Origin: Paramoeba atlantica
Taxonomy: Eukaryota > Protista > Discosea
Direction: 5' to 3'
NCBI GenBank assembly: GCA_977017575.1
Contig: CDRNVI010000231.1
Location: forward strand, 1 to 21,224
DNA: 21,224 nt
Shown: in pieces, positions 10,466 through 20,819 of the stretch
How the letters are laid out: each line of letters opens with the position of its first letter
Numbering within the stretch: the stretch's first letter is position 1
Made by a program: the position numbers and the translations under genes
Notes under the pieces: model-generated
The model's input: the letters and a program-made list of their open reading frames with translations, nothing else
Database searches by the model: none
Told to the model about the DNA's origin: nothing

Positions 10466-10506
<41 letters not shown>
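9182..10506 (+). mobile_element. 5'-truncated, decayed non-LTR retrotransposon of the restriction-like endonuclease type (CRE-clade-like) with poly(A) tail
   Basis: Begins right after an A-run and ends with AATAAA (10455-10460) and A36 (10471-10506). Encodes the C-terminal motifs listed for 9183-9977. Confidence 0.7.
9183..9977 (+). pseudogene. C-terminal part of an RLE retrotransposon ORF: CCHC zinc knuckle plus PD-(D/E)xK-type endonuclease relic
   Basis: One continuous frame with stops at 9435 (TGA) and 9684 (TAA). It reads AGPISHVWITAYP...CKAC-x7-HLSDC...RHHHF...KPNLTFKHWQGGKHLCLDATVTS, matching the pattern AW..A.P / C..C..H..C / RH / RPD..W.GG..L.LD.TV.S that I recall for CRE-type elements. 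Confidence 0.7.
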
Positions 10507-10509
<3 letters not shown>

Positions 10510-10581
10510 AAAATTAAAATTTTTTTTTTTTTAATTTGCTTCAGAAAACAAGTTTAAACAAATAAACAAAAAAAACTACAG

Positions 10582-10593
10582 CCTAAACCCTAA
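10582..10593 (+). repeat. Interstitial telomeric remnant CCTAAACCCTAA
   Basis: Same orientation as the terminal array. It supplies the TAG stop (10590-10592) of the minus-strand ORF1. Confidence 0.7.
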
Positions 10594-11993
10594 TTAGTTT
10601 TAATTTTCGAAAAGATTTTGATCCTGATGGGAGAAAACGAACTCATCTTACTCAGAGCTGCAGCATCACGCTTGACTGGACCCACAGAGGAACTCCTTTG
10701 GACAGTTGATCCCTTAGTTGTGGAAGAAGGTACTTTGAAGTTATTGGGTACAACTTCATAGCTCTTCTTCACAGGAGGGGGGCCCTTCGGAGGGGTAGGT
10801 TCAGCAGGAATAACATTAAGTGAGTGAAACACCAACCCTTGGCCACCAACATTACGCGCAGGTAAATTTGAACCATCTTTTTTAACACCAATGGGGGAGA
10901 GACCTTCAGCAGGCTTAGAAGCTTGTGACTTGGGGGAAGTTTGATCTTTTTTCTCAGGGCCCACCACCATAAACTTACCAGTATTACCGAGGGGGGCACA
11001 GGATGAGGGGACTCCTTCAGGTGAGACAAAGTTAAATTGCACACCATCTCTGGCAGCTTGTTTTCTTATCTTAACTCCTTTGGGGTTGTGGGTGTTGATT
11101 GAGTACATTTCCGTTCTCGCCATATTGCCAACTTCACTTGGATTCTTTTTTTGTAAAATTTCAAATAAACAATCCAAACAAGCAGGATGGTTAATTTGGC
11201 AAGTGAGGCATTTCACCACTTTATCAAAGGGCCTCGATGGGGTCCAAACAGAAACTCGAGCTTGAGTATCGCTAATCTCCAACCACCCTTTGGTGTGGGC
11301 GATGAGATGGACAAAGTTAATGAAGATTTGGGTGTAAACCAAAACAATACAATTTTGGGCTATTTGAACTACTTCCTTCAAGTTATGTCTCGGAAGAGAA
11401 TTTGGGCCAGCAAAAAGATTCTGGATCCACTCCACACCCTCGGCTTCGAAGGGAACCCTGATTTTGAGCCTCCACAATTTTGCGTCCTCGTTGTTCCTCC
11501 AGACAAAGGATTTCTTGAGTTTTTTTGCCAATTCGTCGCCTTTGTTCAAAAACTCTTTTTCTATACTGGTAGCATCTATGTTTTTGAGCACTGAGATCAC
11601 AAAATGGCCCTGCTTGACATTCACAAAAATCTTCCCTTTAAGAGAAGTCACATTTTCAATTGCTTTGATAACCTCGTTGAAGTTGGGAAGTCCCGGTCTA
11701 AAATCCAGTGATCTCACTAACTTTGTTGGTCTTGACTTGGCTCCAACAACAGTTTTTGGGTTCAGGCGCATGACTAAACCTTGGTATAGTCTGACATTGT
11801 TTCAATCAATCTCGTGTAACACATCACTGAGACCTTTGGAGGCTGGAAAGCCTTCCTTGGTTTTGAGAGGTCTTTTCTTTCTCTCACTTTTTTTAACAAC
11901 TTGAGCAAATGATTCACTATCCGCTCATCCTGACCAGGTGTTTCTGGCAGGAAAACCCTCTCCTTCCTTTACACTGGGTGAAGAGGTTTCCAT
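10590..11993 (-). pseudogene. LINE ORF1 (gag-like, zinc knuckle), 468 codons with 2 in-frame TGA
   Basis: ATG at 11993 is in frame with track ORF 10590-11771, with TGA at 11927-11925 and 11804-11802. It is homologous to unit A ORF1 (FVWRNNEDAKLWRLKIRVPF vs FVWKNNQDWNLWGFKLCVPF; CLTCQINHPACLDC vs CQVCEISHSRHLKC). Confidence 0.85.
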
Positions 11994-14629
11994 AATATTT
12001 TTTGTGGCAACCAGCCACAAGAATACACACTACAATAAAAGATAGGAAATTCAGACAATTGTATCTTGAACCCTCTATTTTTTTTTTTTTTTTTTATACT
12101 CTTCAACCAATGGTTCCTTGCTTGCTCGTACTCCTCTCTCCATTTTCGGTTTTCTTTTTTAACAAAACTTTCTAACATCTCTCCAAGTGCAGCTCTTTCT
12201 GGAAACCACTTAACAATATCATCTGAAATGAACACAGGAGAAATCATCACCCCATCCAGTGCAGCTTGTACTGGGAAGTAAACATTATTAGTTGTAATCA
12301 CCTTGTCCTTAAATCTCCTTTTAAACTGAACTTTCTTCACAGGGAAGCTCCAATCCAAATCCAATGGTTCCATCACCCACTTCCACAGCTTTGAATTCTC
12401 AATAATCCATTCCTCACTGGTTGTTGCTAGTTGTTTCGATCTTGGATCCCAGTTTCTATCAAACATGACTTCCATCCCATCCTCTTCAAAGTGACTTGCT
12501 GCTGTTGCAATCGCATCTGACCTCTTGTTGAATTTGCAATACACATGAGTATACTTCACTTTGGCAAATTTACTCTCAGCAATATTTCTGATCTCAGATA
12601 GGATCTCATTGAGCTCAAAGTTATCAATCGGTTTCATCTTAGGCACTGCCTCAGTTAGAATTTTACAATCTTCCACCATCTCTACATGTTGCCCAAAGCC
12701 AATAACTTGTTGTAGACCAGCTAAACATCCCGAAAACTCACCCAAATTATTTGAGCCTAGTGGGATTGTTTCAAATCCACCTTCAACCTCCAAACTTTCC
12801 TTAATAATCACATATCCAGATCTCCCAATGTGGGGGTCTACACACCCAGAGCCATCATAAAACACTTGCAAGACAGAGTACTTGAACTTTGGTTGTTTCA
12901 CTTCTCTTTTACCTTTGGGGGGAGCCTTTCTTATAGTTTGTTTGGGGATCATCTTATTTGTCTTAGCAATTTCATCAAAAATTTTAACAGCAAAGCTTGA
13001 GGACTTCGATCCTTCTGCACATACAGTGATCCACAAGCTCAATAGGGCTGCACTCACTGCAGATGCTTCAGCCTTCTTTAGATACTGGTTTGTAAATCCA
13101 CATACAAAGTCGGCACTCTCCCACCCAGGAATCTTTAAAACAAAACATTTCTTCCCAATAGTTTTCAAAATTGCCTTAGCTTTCAGACATTCTTCAAGGA
13201 GGTACACCTTTGACTCTTTGGCTTTCCTACACAGCTGACAAAGTGGACTCACAGATGTAAAATGGGCAATCTTATCCACAGTTGGGAGACCCCTCAAAAA
13301 AAACTTCAAAAGGTTCTGCTTAATCTGGGGTCTTTGTGGAAGAGACAAATTATAGATCACACATTTCAAGCACCCATCCCCCACATAGAAATTCTCCACT
13401 CCCATAGAAATGTTCTGAGAGAGGAGAGAGAAGGATCTCTTGGTTTTGGAGCCCATCCTTACTTGTTCTGAGATAGCACCACTAGCTTCCAAAGCATCAA
13501 TCCTCATGGCCCCAATGGACAATGGATTCCTATAATGATCTTGGAGAGGTTTCTTCAATATCAGCAGAGCCCAGTTAAACAGAATAAAGTGTCTAACTTG
13601 GGGTTTTTCAAAGAAAGGGGGACAAAGAGAGGTCATTACACAGGATTTTAGATTTGTATATGCGCCTAAGGCTGAATGAATGGCCTTCCACATCTTCAAG
13701 GAGACAGCTTTTGAGATAAGCTTGAATCTTGCCAAATAACCCATACAAGGAATAAGGTAAGTATTGATCATCCAGACTCTCTCCTTGAAGCTGCCTTTCC
13801 TTTGCTTAATTGCTGTTCCAACCTTCCACATTTTCTTGATCACCCCTTCCCAGTCTTTAGTTAGGTTCATTCTTTGAGAAATTGTAACTCTCAAGTACAC
13901 AGTCTTCTCTCCCAAATAATTAACTGAAGGCATTTCAACCCAAGGGCCCACAGGAGCGAATTTTTCAGTTGACAATACAAAGCATTTGTTGTAGTTGAGT
14001 TTGGCTCTGGTTCCTTGTTCATATTCTTGGAAGGTTGAGGTCAAGGAATTTATGGATTGAACCCTGTGAAGGAGAAGGGCTAAGTCATCTATGAACCCAG
14101 CAAGCTTCTCAAGGTCACCCCCATTGTTCAAACTAACCAATAAAACATCAAAAAGGATAATGAACAAAAGAAGTGAAATGGAGCAACTTTGTTGCACACC
14201 AGTCCAGCTCTTGATGGCTTCCTTTTGTGTCTTATCATTCAATCCTACAGTTGGGAGCCATGTATCTGACTCTCGCAGAACTTTAGATACAACTTCAAGA
14301 GCTTGGGGTGGAGCATTCAACCCAATCAGCAACTTCATAAGGGCTTCACAGTTAACATAATCATAGGCCTTACAGAAATCAGTTTGGAGGATGGTCATGT
14401 CTTTGCCCTCTGCTACCGCTTCCATAAACCCATCATGTATTGATTTCACTGCATTATCAATGGACCTTCCAGCAAATATAGCATTTTGTTCTAGGGAAAT
14501 CACCTCTCTAGCACTCTCTATCAGCCATTTGGCCCAATATCTCATCACAATCCGATAATCAGAATTGGTAATATTTATTGGTCGAAATTGGTCAGAATGA
14601 GGAATATTCTCAATCTTAGGTAGTAACAC
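11969..14629 (-). pseudogene. L1-like ORF2 fragment: reverse transcriptase, zf-RVT and RNase H
   Basis: RT motifs LLPK..FRPI, DFCKAYD, GVQQSCSISLLLF (decayed GxxQGCPxSPLLF) and FIDDL; zinc motif CQLC..ES..YLLEEC; RNase H motifs FYDGS, SNNLGEF, EDC and HVYCKFNKRSDAIA. No stops, but 5'-truncated and several conserved residues are altered. Confidence 0.92.
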
Positions 14630-14631
14630 AA
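12078..14631 (-). mobile_element. LINE unit B, 3' part (RT, zf-RVT, RNase H, C-terminus, A18 tail)
   Basis: Open frame from 14629 into the A18 run at 12095-12078. The upstream continuation lies inverted at 20820-20976. Confidence 0.92.
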
Positions 14632-14643
14632 CTTAAAAAAAAA
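14617..14643 (+). repeat. Left inversion breakpoint: P (TAGGTAGTAACACAA, 14617-14631) + Q (CTTAAAAAAAAA, 14632-14643)
   Basis: The exact reverse complements occur at 20962-20976 (P) and 20980-20991 (Q). Confidence 0.9.
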
Positions 14644-14747
14644 TCAGGTTGGTTCAAGGAAACTTTCCTTGCCTAATCTGATTTTCTTTCCTTCACCTGC
14701 TGTGTTGGTGAAACCTTGCCTAGTTGAGCACTTCAGAGAAATCTGTT

Positions 14748-16781
14748 ATGTCCAGTGGAAAGAGTACATCCTCTTCCCCTAAGGGCTCCCAGAATGGGTC
14801 CCACCCCCCCTTGTATTTGAAGAACGAACAAAAAAATGCAAACCCAAGTGGGAATTCTGAAGAAATTCCAATCAAATCAACCTCGAAGAGAGCGCCTGAG
14901 GAAGGATGGTGGTTGTGAGTCAAGAAAGAAATACTGAAGACCTTGTCCCATATTGGAACTGAGGTTAACTCTGTGAAGAACAATACAATAATCTGCCCCA
15001 TCTTTGTAATGGGTTCCTTTTGTTTCTATGAAGGAATGCCAAACTATCAAAGAGTGATGGCCACACTCAACAAAGTCCCTAAGCTGAGAGGGAACTTCCT
15101 CTTGTGTGTTATGAAAGGCCACCTCAACATGGCCACCTTTGATGAAGAAACACACAAACCCCTAGAGAAAGTCATTCTGGAAAATGGTTCCTTCCTCACA
15201 ACCGGTTTTGGAAAGCCCTTTGTCTGGAAGAACAACCAAGATTGGAATTTATGGGGCTTTAAACTCTGTGTCCCCTTTTTAATTAAAGGGGAAGAGTGGA
15301 TCCAAAGATTGTTTATTGGTGAATCTGCTCTTCTTTGCCATGGATTAAAAGAGGTGGCTCAGATCAGCAATGATTGTATTGTCATCTTCTATAATGTAAT
15401 TCCTCTTATTCTGACACATATTATTGCCAAGCACAGAGGTTCTTTTATTATTAACAATGAGTTCCAAGGTAGGATCTCTCTGTGGACCCCTATGAGTCCC
15501 TTTCACGAGAAAGTAAATTGTCAAGTGTGTGAGATTTCACACTCGAGACATTTAAAATGTGTGAAGGAGATTGTGGACAAGGAAGGAGAGGGAGGAATCA
15601 TCAAAAAGTTAAATAATGAGACAGACTCTTGGAGGAAATGTCCTTTCTGTCCTGTGACAATCATGAAATTGAGGGAACAGTTACATAAAAGATTTATTAT
15701 TCCTACAGAGTCCTTGACGAATCAAGGGAATCAAGGTACAAATCTCTCTTTGTTCCAATTTCCCATATTACCAAATCCCAATCAGAGGGCACCACCCTCA
15801 ATGAAGTCTGCTGACCCTCGTCTCTCATCTACAACCCCAATGGAGGTTGATCAAAGCACAAACGTGAGGGAAACCGCTCTTCAAGAAGGTTTCTCCAAGG
15901 AAAAATCAGCCCCTTCAAGAAGTAACCAACCCAAATCTTCACTCAAAACTACTAAACCTCATAAGGAATCACCCTCCCAAACTCTGGCCACATCATCTCG
16001 CTCAGACAGTACATCAGAAACCCCAACAATCCCTCAAAAAGATATGATGGATTTCCTTGAAGATATTATTGCTGAAACTGACACTGAAAGGGGGGTTATT
16101 TTAATTGAGGATGAGGACAAGATTTCCCCAGATGTGAACAGACCTCGATTCTCAACTGATCCAATTTCTGGAAGCAAATGGTCGATGACTATCCACAACA
16201 CTGAAGGGGCTTGGAAAATATTAGATGGGGTGAATTTCCAGTGTGAGTGGGAGAGGACTGAAGATAGCCTTGGGAAGTTGAAGAGCGAGTTGGAAAAAGG
16301 ACAGCTTAAATGGGAATTGAGTTTTGATGCAGACTTCCTTGGTCACATTATTGATCGGGTGGTTGAGGAACTGAAATTAAAGCTGAAATCCAAACTGAGG
16401 AAGAGGGTAGTGTCGGAAGAGACAGTTGAGGAGAAGGAACCAACTTCTACTGGGACCAAACTATTACCTGTAACCAAGAAGCCAGCGAAGAAGAAGAAAA
16501 AGAAAAGTAGGAAAGAGAAGAAAGGGAAAGAGGAGATAGAAGAAGAGAAAGATGAAGAGGAAAAAACAAAGGAAAATGACCATGATAAGAGTGTCCCCAC
16601 TAGTGTCTTCGGGAAGGAAAAAGCAATTTATCCTTTTTTGGAGATCCCCACCTCAAACGGTTTCACAGTTCTTGGAGATTTGCATCAAATAGAATGGGGT
16701 GAGACAGTGTTGATGATGGATAGTGCTCGATTCCCTGAGTCAAGCAATGTTTCATCTTCCTCTTCTTCCTCCCCCTCATAA
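14748..16781 (+). pseudogene. LINE ORF1 (gag-like, zinc knuckle, K/E-rich C-terminal stretch) with 1 in-frame TGA
   Basis: Track ORFs 14724-14918 and 14943-16781 are in one frame, split by TGA at 14916-14918. Likely start is ATG 14748 and the terminal stop is TAA. Motifs CQVCEISHSRHLKC and CPFC. Confidence 0.85.
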
Positions 16782-17017
16782 AGGAAAGAATGAAAGGAAA
16801 GAAAAACAACAACAATTTAAAATCTTTCTTTCCACCACTGAAGAACCCTTGTGCTTCCTTTGACTCTTCTGTTATTGATCTTCATCAAAAAACAAACCTT
16901 GCCTCTCCAACCTCTCAAGCATCTGTCTTGGAGTTCCAACCCCCTTCATCTTCTTTCCTTCCTCCCTTCCCTGCGCCTTCGCTTCCAAACCTGTATCAGT
17001 ATAACAAATTCCCAGAC

Positions 17018-20000
17018 ATGAGGATTTTATCATGGAACATCAATGGTGTTCATAATGATGAAAAACTTAACCTTTGCTATAGAATGGCTGCAAGTTGCTG
17101 TCCTCTGTTTATTTTGCTCCAAAAAACCCATGCCACATCTGAAAAAGATCTTGATCATCTCAAGAATTGTTTGAGGAAATATTTGTGGTTCAAAGACCCC
17201 TTCTCGGAACAAAAGCAGGGCCTTGCCATTGGAGTCAAAAGAATGGAAGGCCTTCATGATATAGAACCATACTCAATTGAAAGCTCTGAGAGTGGTTTGT
17301 TTGGACTGAGAATCAAGATTTTCAATACTGAATATGCTGTGATGAATGTCTACCATCATTGCAATTTGAAACTTTCCTTTATGCAAGACCAAATCGGAAA
17401 GTTCTTCTCCAAAGATGGACTGAACGTTCTGGGAGGTGACTTCAACTGGGATCTTAATGAACCCCTTTTTAAAGAGCTCACAGAATCCTCTGAATCTTGG
17501 AATTTATCAAAACTGGGGTGGTCAGAACCAACCCATTTCCAAGGACAATGTATTGATCATGTCTTTATTCCCTCGAATGCTCCTAGCAAAAGAATTTTTG
17601 TTAATGCAATCCCTTCAGGCTTTAAGGACCATGTGATGATCGTAGGTGGAACTAGTATTAAAGAATGGGAGTTGAAATCTAACAAGAAGAGAATCCCTGA
17701 ATACCTCATTAAAGATCTTAAATTTATTAATACCCTCATTAATGAAGTTGGGGACTATGTGGAAGGTGATCCTGTCAGTTGTCTTATTAAACTCAAGGAG
17801 AAGGTGTGGGAATTAGTCCCTCTGTGGAAAGACAAAGGGAAAGAAGCTCATCTTTTCAAAGAACTATGGAAACTCCAAACAATCATCAAATGCCTTGCAA
17901 AGACCCAGATTTTAAGGAAAACTTCAGCCATACACTCATTCTCTTTGTTGAAACTCAAACTCCTTCATACAGCTGTAATAGGATGGAATGGCTCTTGAGA
18001 TGACAAGAAATGGAGAATCAAAGCTATTCCTAGAATGATCAAAGCTGGGATGGATTGAATTGCAGTTCTTGAACAACAACTCGGAATTTTTGTGGATGAA
18101 CACCCCTCGTGCCCTGGTCATAAATCTTCTCCCCATGTTAAAGGTGTAATTGTAGATGGAGTGATCTCTCGTGATGATAATGTGGTTAAAAAAGCAATTA
18201 AGGACTTTTGAGAGAGCCTTCTCAGTACAGAAAGACCATATAACAAGGATTCTCTTGACGAACTGATTGCTGACCATCATCCTCACTTTCCCCCAGTTGA
18301 GAGACATGATGTTGACAGGAAGAAAGTTGATAAACTTCTTCAGAGAACCAATAACACCAGTGCAGGACCCGATGGTATTCCCTTCTCTTTATATAAGGTG
18401 ACACAAAAAAAGTATTTTGACATGTGGGTGGAACTAATTCAACAAGTGGGTGAGATTATGGAGTTCCCCCCCTCTTTTGGTGAGAGCCAACTCTGTTTGA
18501 TTCCCAAAGTCGAGAATATCCCCCATCCTGACCAATTTCGACCAATCAGTGTTACCAATTCAGATTATTGGATTGTGATGAGATATTGGGCAAAATGGCT
18601 GATGGAGATTGCAAGTGGAGTAATTTCTAAAGAACAGCATGCAATGTTTAAGGGGAGGTCAATTGACGAAGCAGTAGAATCAGTGTATGACTTTTTTTAT
18701 GAAGCTCTGGCAGAAGGGAAAGATGTGACCCTCCTCCAAACAGACTTTTGCAAGGCATATGACTATGTGAATTGTGATGCACTTCTTCATATTCTCAAAG
18801 ATTTGAACACCCCCCCTCAAGCAATCTATATTGTTGAAAAGGTGCTTTGAGAATCTGTAACCTGGCTGCTGAATATTGGTGGATTCAAGAGGGGAGGCAA
18901 CAATGAATCAATCCAAAGTCGAACTGGTGTCAAACAAGGATGCTTGATCTCCCCCCTTTTGTTTGTAATTGTGTTTGACATCCTCCTGGTGAGCTTGAAG
19001 AAGAAATACAACCTCCAAGACTTATCAGGCTTTATGGATGACTTGGGAATGGTGATTCAGAAAGCTGAAACCATCAATTCTCTCACTCCAACCTTCAAGA
19101 AATATGAAGAAGCAACTGAAGCTAAACTGAACTTTAATAAGTGCTTTGTCCTCTCAACTGAGTCTTTCAAACCTGTAGGCCCCTGGGCTGAGATGGCAAG
19201 GTCCAATTACTGTGGTGATGAAACTGTATATCTGGGAGTGAGGTTGAGTAAATGGTTATCTCCTCTTAAGGATTGAGAGAAAGTGATCCTAAAGATGAAG
19301 AAAGTTGGAGCAGCAATCAAAAAAAGGGGTGGCAATTTTCGCTCAAGAGTAAGGATGGTCAATACCTATCTAACTCCATGCATGGGATATTTAGCGAGAT
19401 TCAAACTGATTCCAAAATCTGTCACCTCCTTGATGTGGAAATCCATCTGCTCAGCTCTGGGTGCCTATGCCAACACAAAAACCTCCATTCTTACCTCATG
19501 CTATCCTCCTTTGGACTCAAACCCCCAACTGCGCCACCCAATTGTTTTTAACTGGGCCCTCCTCACTTCTTGTCCACTGATGAGGAGTGATTATTGGAGT
19601 CCTCTTTCCATTAGAGCCATGCGAAAGGATGCCCTTTTTGCAGCCCAAAGCCTCTCTGCCAAGGTTATGTTTGGTCAAGCCACTCGAGTTGCTTATTTCA
19701 ATATGTCTTGAGTAATCCCCATTGAAATCAAGGATCTGTATGTGGGTGAAGGAAGAGCTGAATGTGTGGTGTACAACTTGGCACATGCAATTAGACCCCA
19801 ACTTAAGAGGAATTTGATTAAATTCCTAATAAGAGGGCTGCCTACAAGAGACAAGTTGGCTCACTTCACAAACCAAAACTCAAGTTGCTGACTCTGTCAC
19901 TGAGAAAAGGAGTCGTGAACTCATCTTCTGGAGGAATGTTCTGTGGCTGAGGACCTCCTCCAAGCAATGGGAAGGAAATGTATTTTGTTGAATGTATCCA

Positions 20001-20819
20001 GCTGGCAAGAAACTAAGAATGTGTGTGGCCTTGTCTCAAATTTTCTCACCAGACAAGAAACCTCTGTGGTGAGTGTTGCTTTGTTGAGTTTGTGGCTCAC
20101 AGTGTGTGTGGAAGGATCAAAATCACCCCAGTATGCTACTGAAATTTTCAAAAAAATCCTGAGAAAGAACAAAATCTTCCCTTGGCCCCCAAGAACTCAA
20201 ACAAAGAAAAGAACCAAAGAGAAGGAAAGTTTTAAATTTAAAGGCTTTCAAGTGTTTTATAATGGCTCAGGCTGTACAGACCCTCATCTAGGGGGTGTAG
20301 ACTTTGCAGTTTTCAAGGAAGGGAAAGAGATATATAGTGGGTTTGAAACCATCCCTCTTGGGTCCAACAATATTGGTGAATTTACAGGTTGTCTGAAAGG
20401 AATGCAATGTATCAGATCAATGACAAATGAGATTGAAGTTGTCAGGGATTGTATGATTCTCATCAAGGCTGCACCCAAAACCCATGCCATCAAAAACTAT
20501 ACCTTGAATGAACTACTTTGTGAAATCTATAAGTTAGCAATGTGCTTTGATAAGATAGAATTCATCCATGTACCCTGAGAACTTAACAAGTGAGCTGATG
20601 CAATTGCAACTGCTGCAAGTTGGTCTAAAGAGGATGGAACATGTGCTGTGAATGACCATCATTGGGATCCAAGATCACAACATGTTGCAGAAACCAGTGA
20701 AGAGTGGATTATTTTGAATTCAACCCTGTGGAACTGGATCAATTCCCCTCTCACCTGTGACTGGACTTTCTCCATCCCCCCAGGGAATTTTGTAAGGAAA
20801 TTCCAAGGAGTGATGGTGC
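17018..20819 (+). pseudogene. L1-like ORF2: APE endonuclease, RT, zf-RVT and RNase H, with 11 in-frame TGA and no frameshift
   Basis: Endonuclease motifs MRILSWNING, LQKTH, GDFNWD, IDHVF and DH; RT motifs SAGPDG, LIPK..FRPIS, DFCKAYD, GVKQGCLISPLLF and FMDDL; zinc motif C*LCH*EKES*THLLEEC; RNase H motifs FYNGS, SNNIGEF and HVP*ELNK*ADAIA. The frame is open upstream to ATG 16790. Confidence 0.93.

Larger units (their letters stand above)
10520..12077 (-). mobile_element. LINE unit C: 5' UTR + ORF1 only, then telomeric remnant and A13
   Basis: Starts immediately after the A18 tail of unit B. Its 5' UTR shares GGTTCAAG and TCTGAwTTTC with unit A. No ORF2 follows. Confidence 0.75.
14644..20819 (+). 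mobile_element. LINE unit A: 5' UTR, ORF1 and ORF2 (APE-RT-zf-RVT-RNase H), 3'-truncated
   Basis: Two-ORF L1-like layout. Homology to unit B stops about 67 codons before B's tail, and there is no poly(A). Confidence 0.93.

Noticed and set aside
11969-14629. Intact, active 886-aa RT gene
   Set aside because: It lacks the endonuclease and RT N-terminus, the GTG start is a breakpoint artefact, conserved motifs are altered, and the last ~40 codons run through poly(A) into unit C's UTR.
14600-14760. Bidirectional promoter or DIRS/terminal-inverted-repeat architecture between the head-to-head ORFs
   Set aside because: The minus-strand ORF starts mid-RT and its upstream part is at 20820-20976, so the divergence results from an inversion. 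No tyrosine recombinase, transposase or long terminal repeats are seen.
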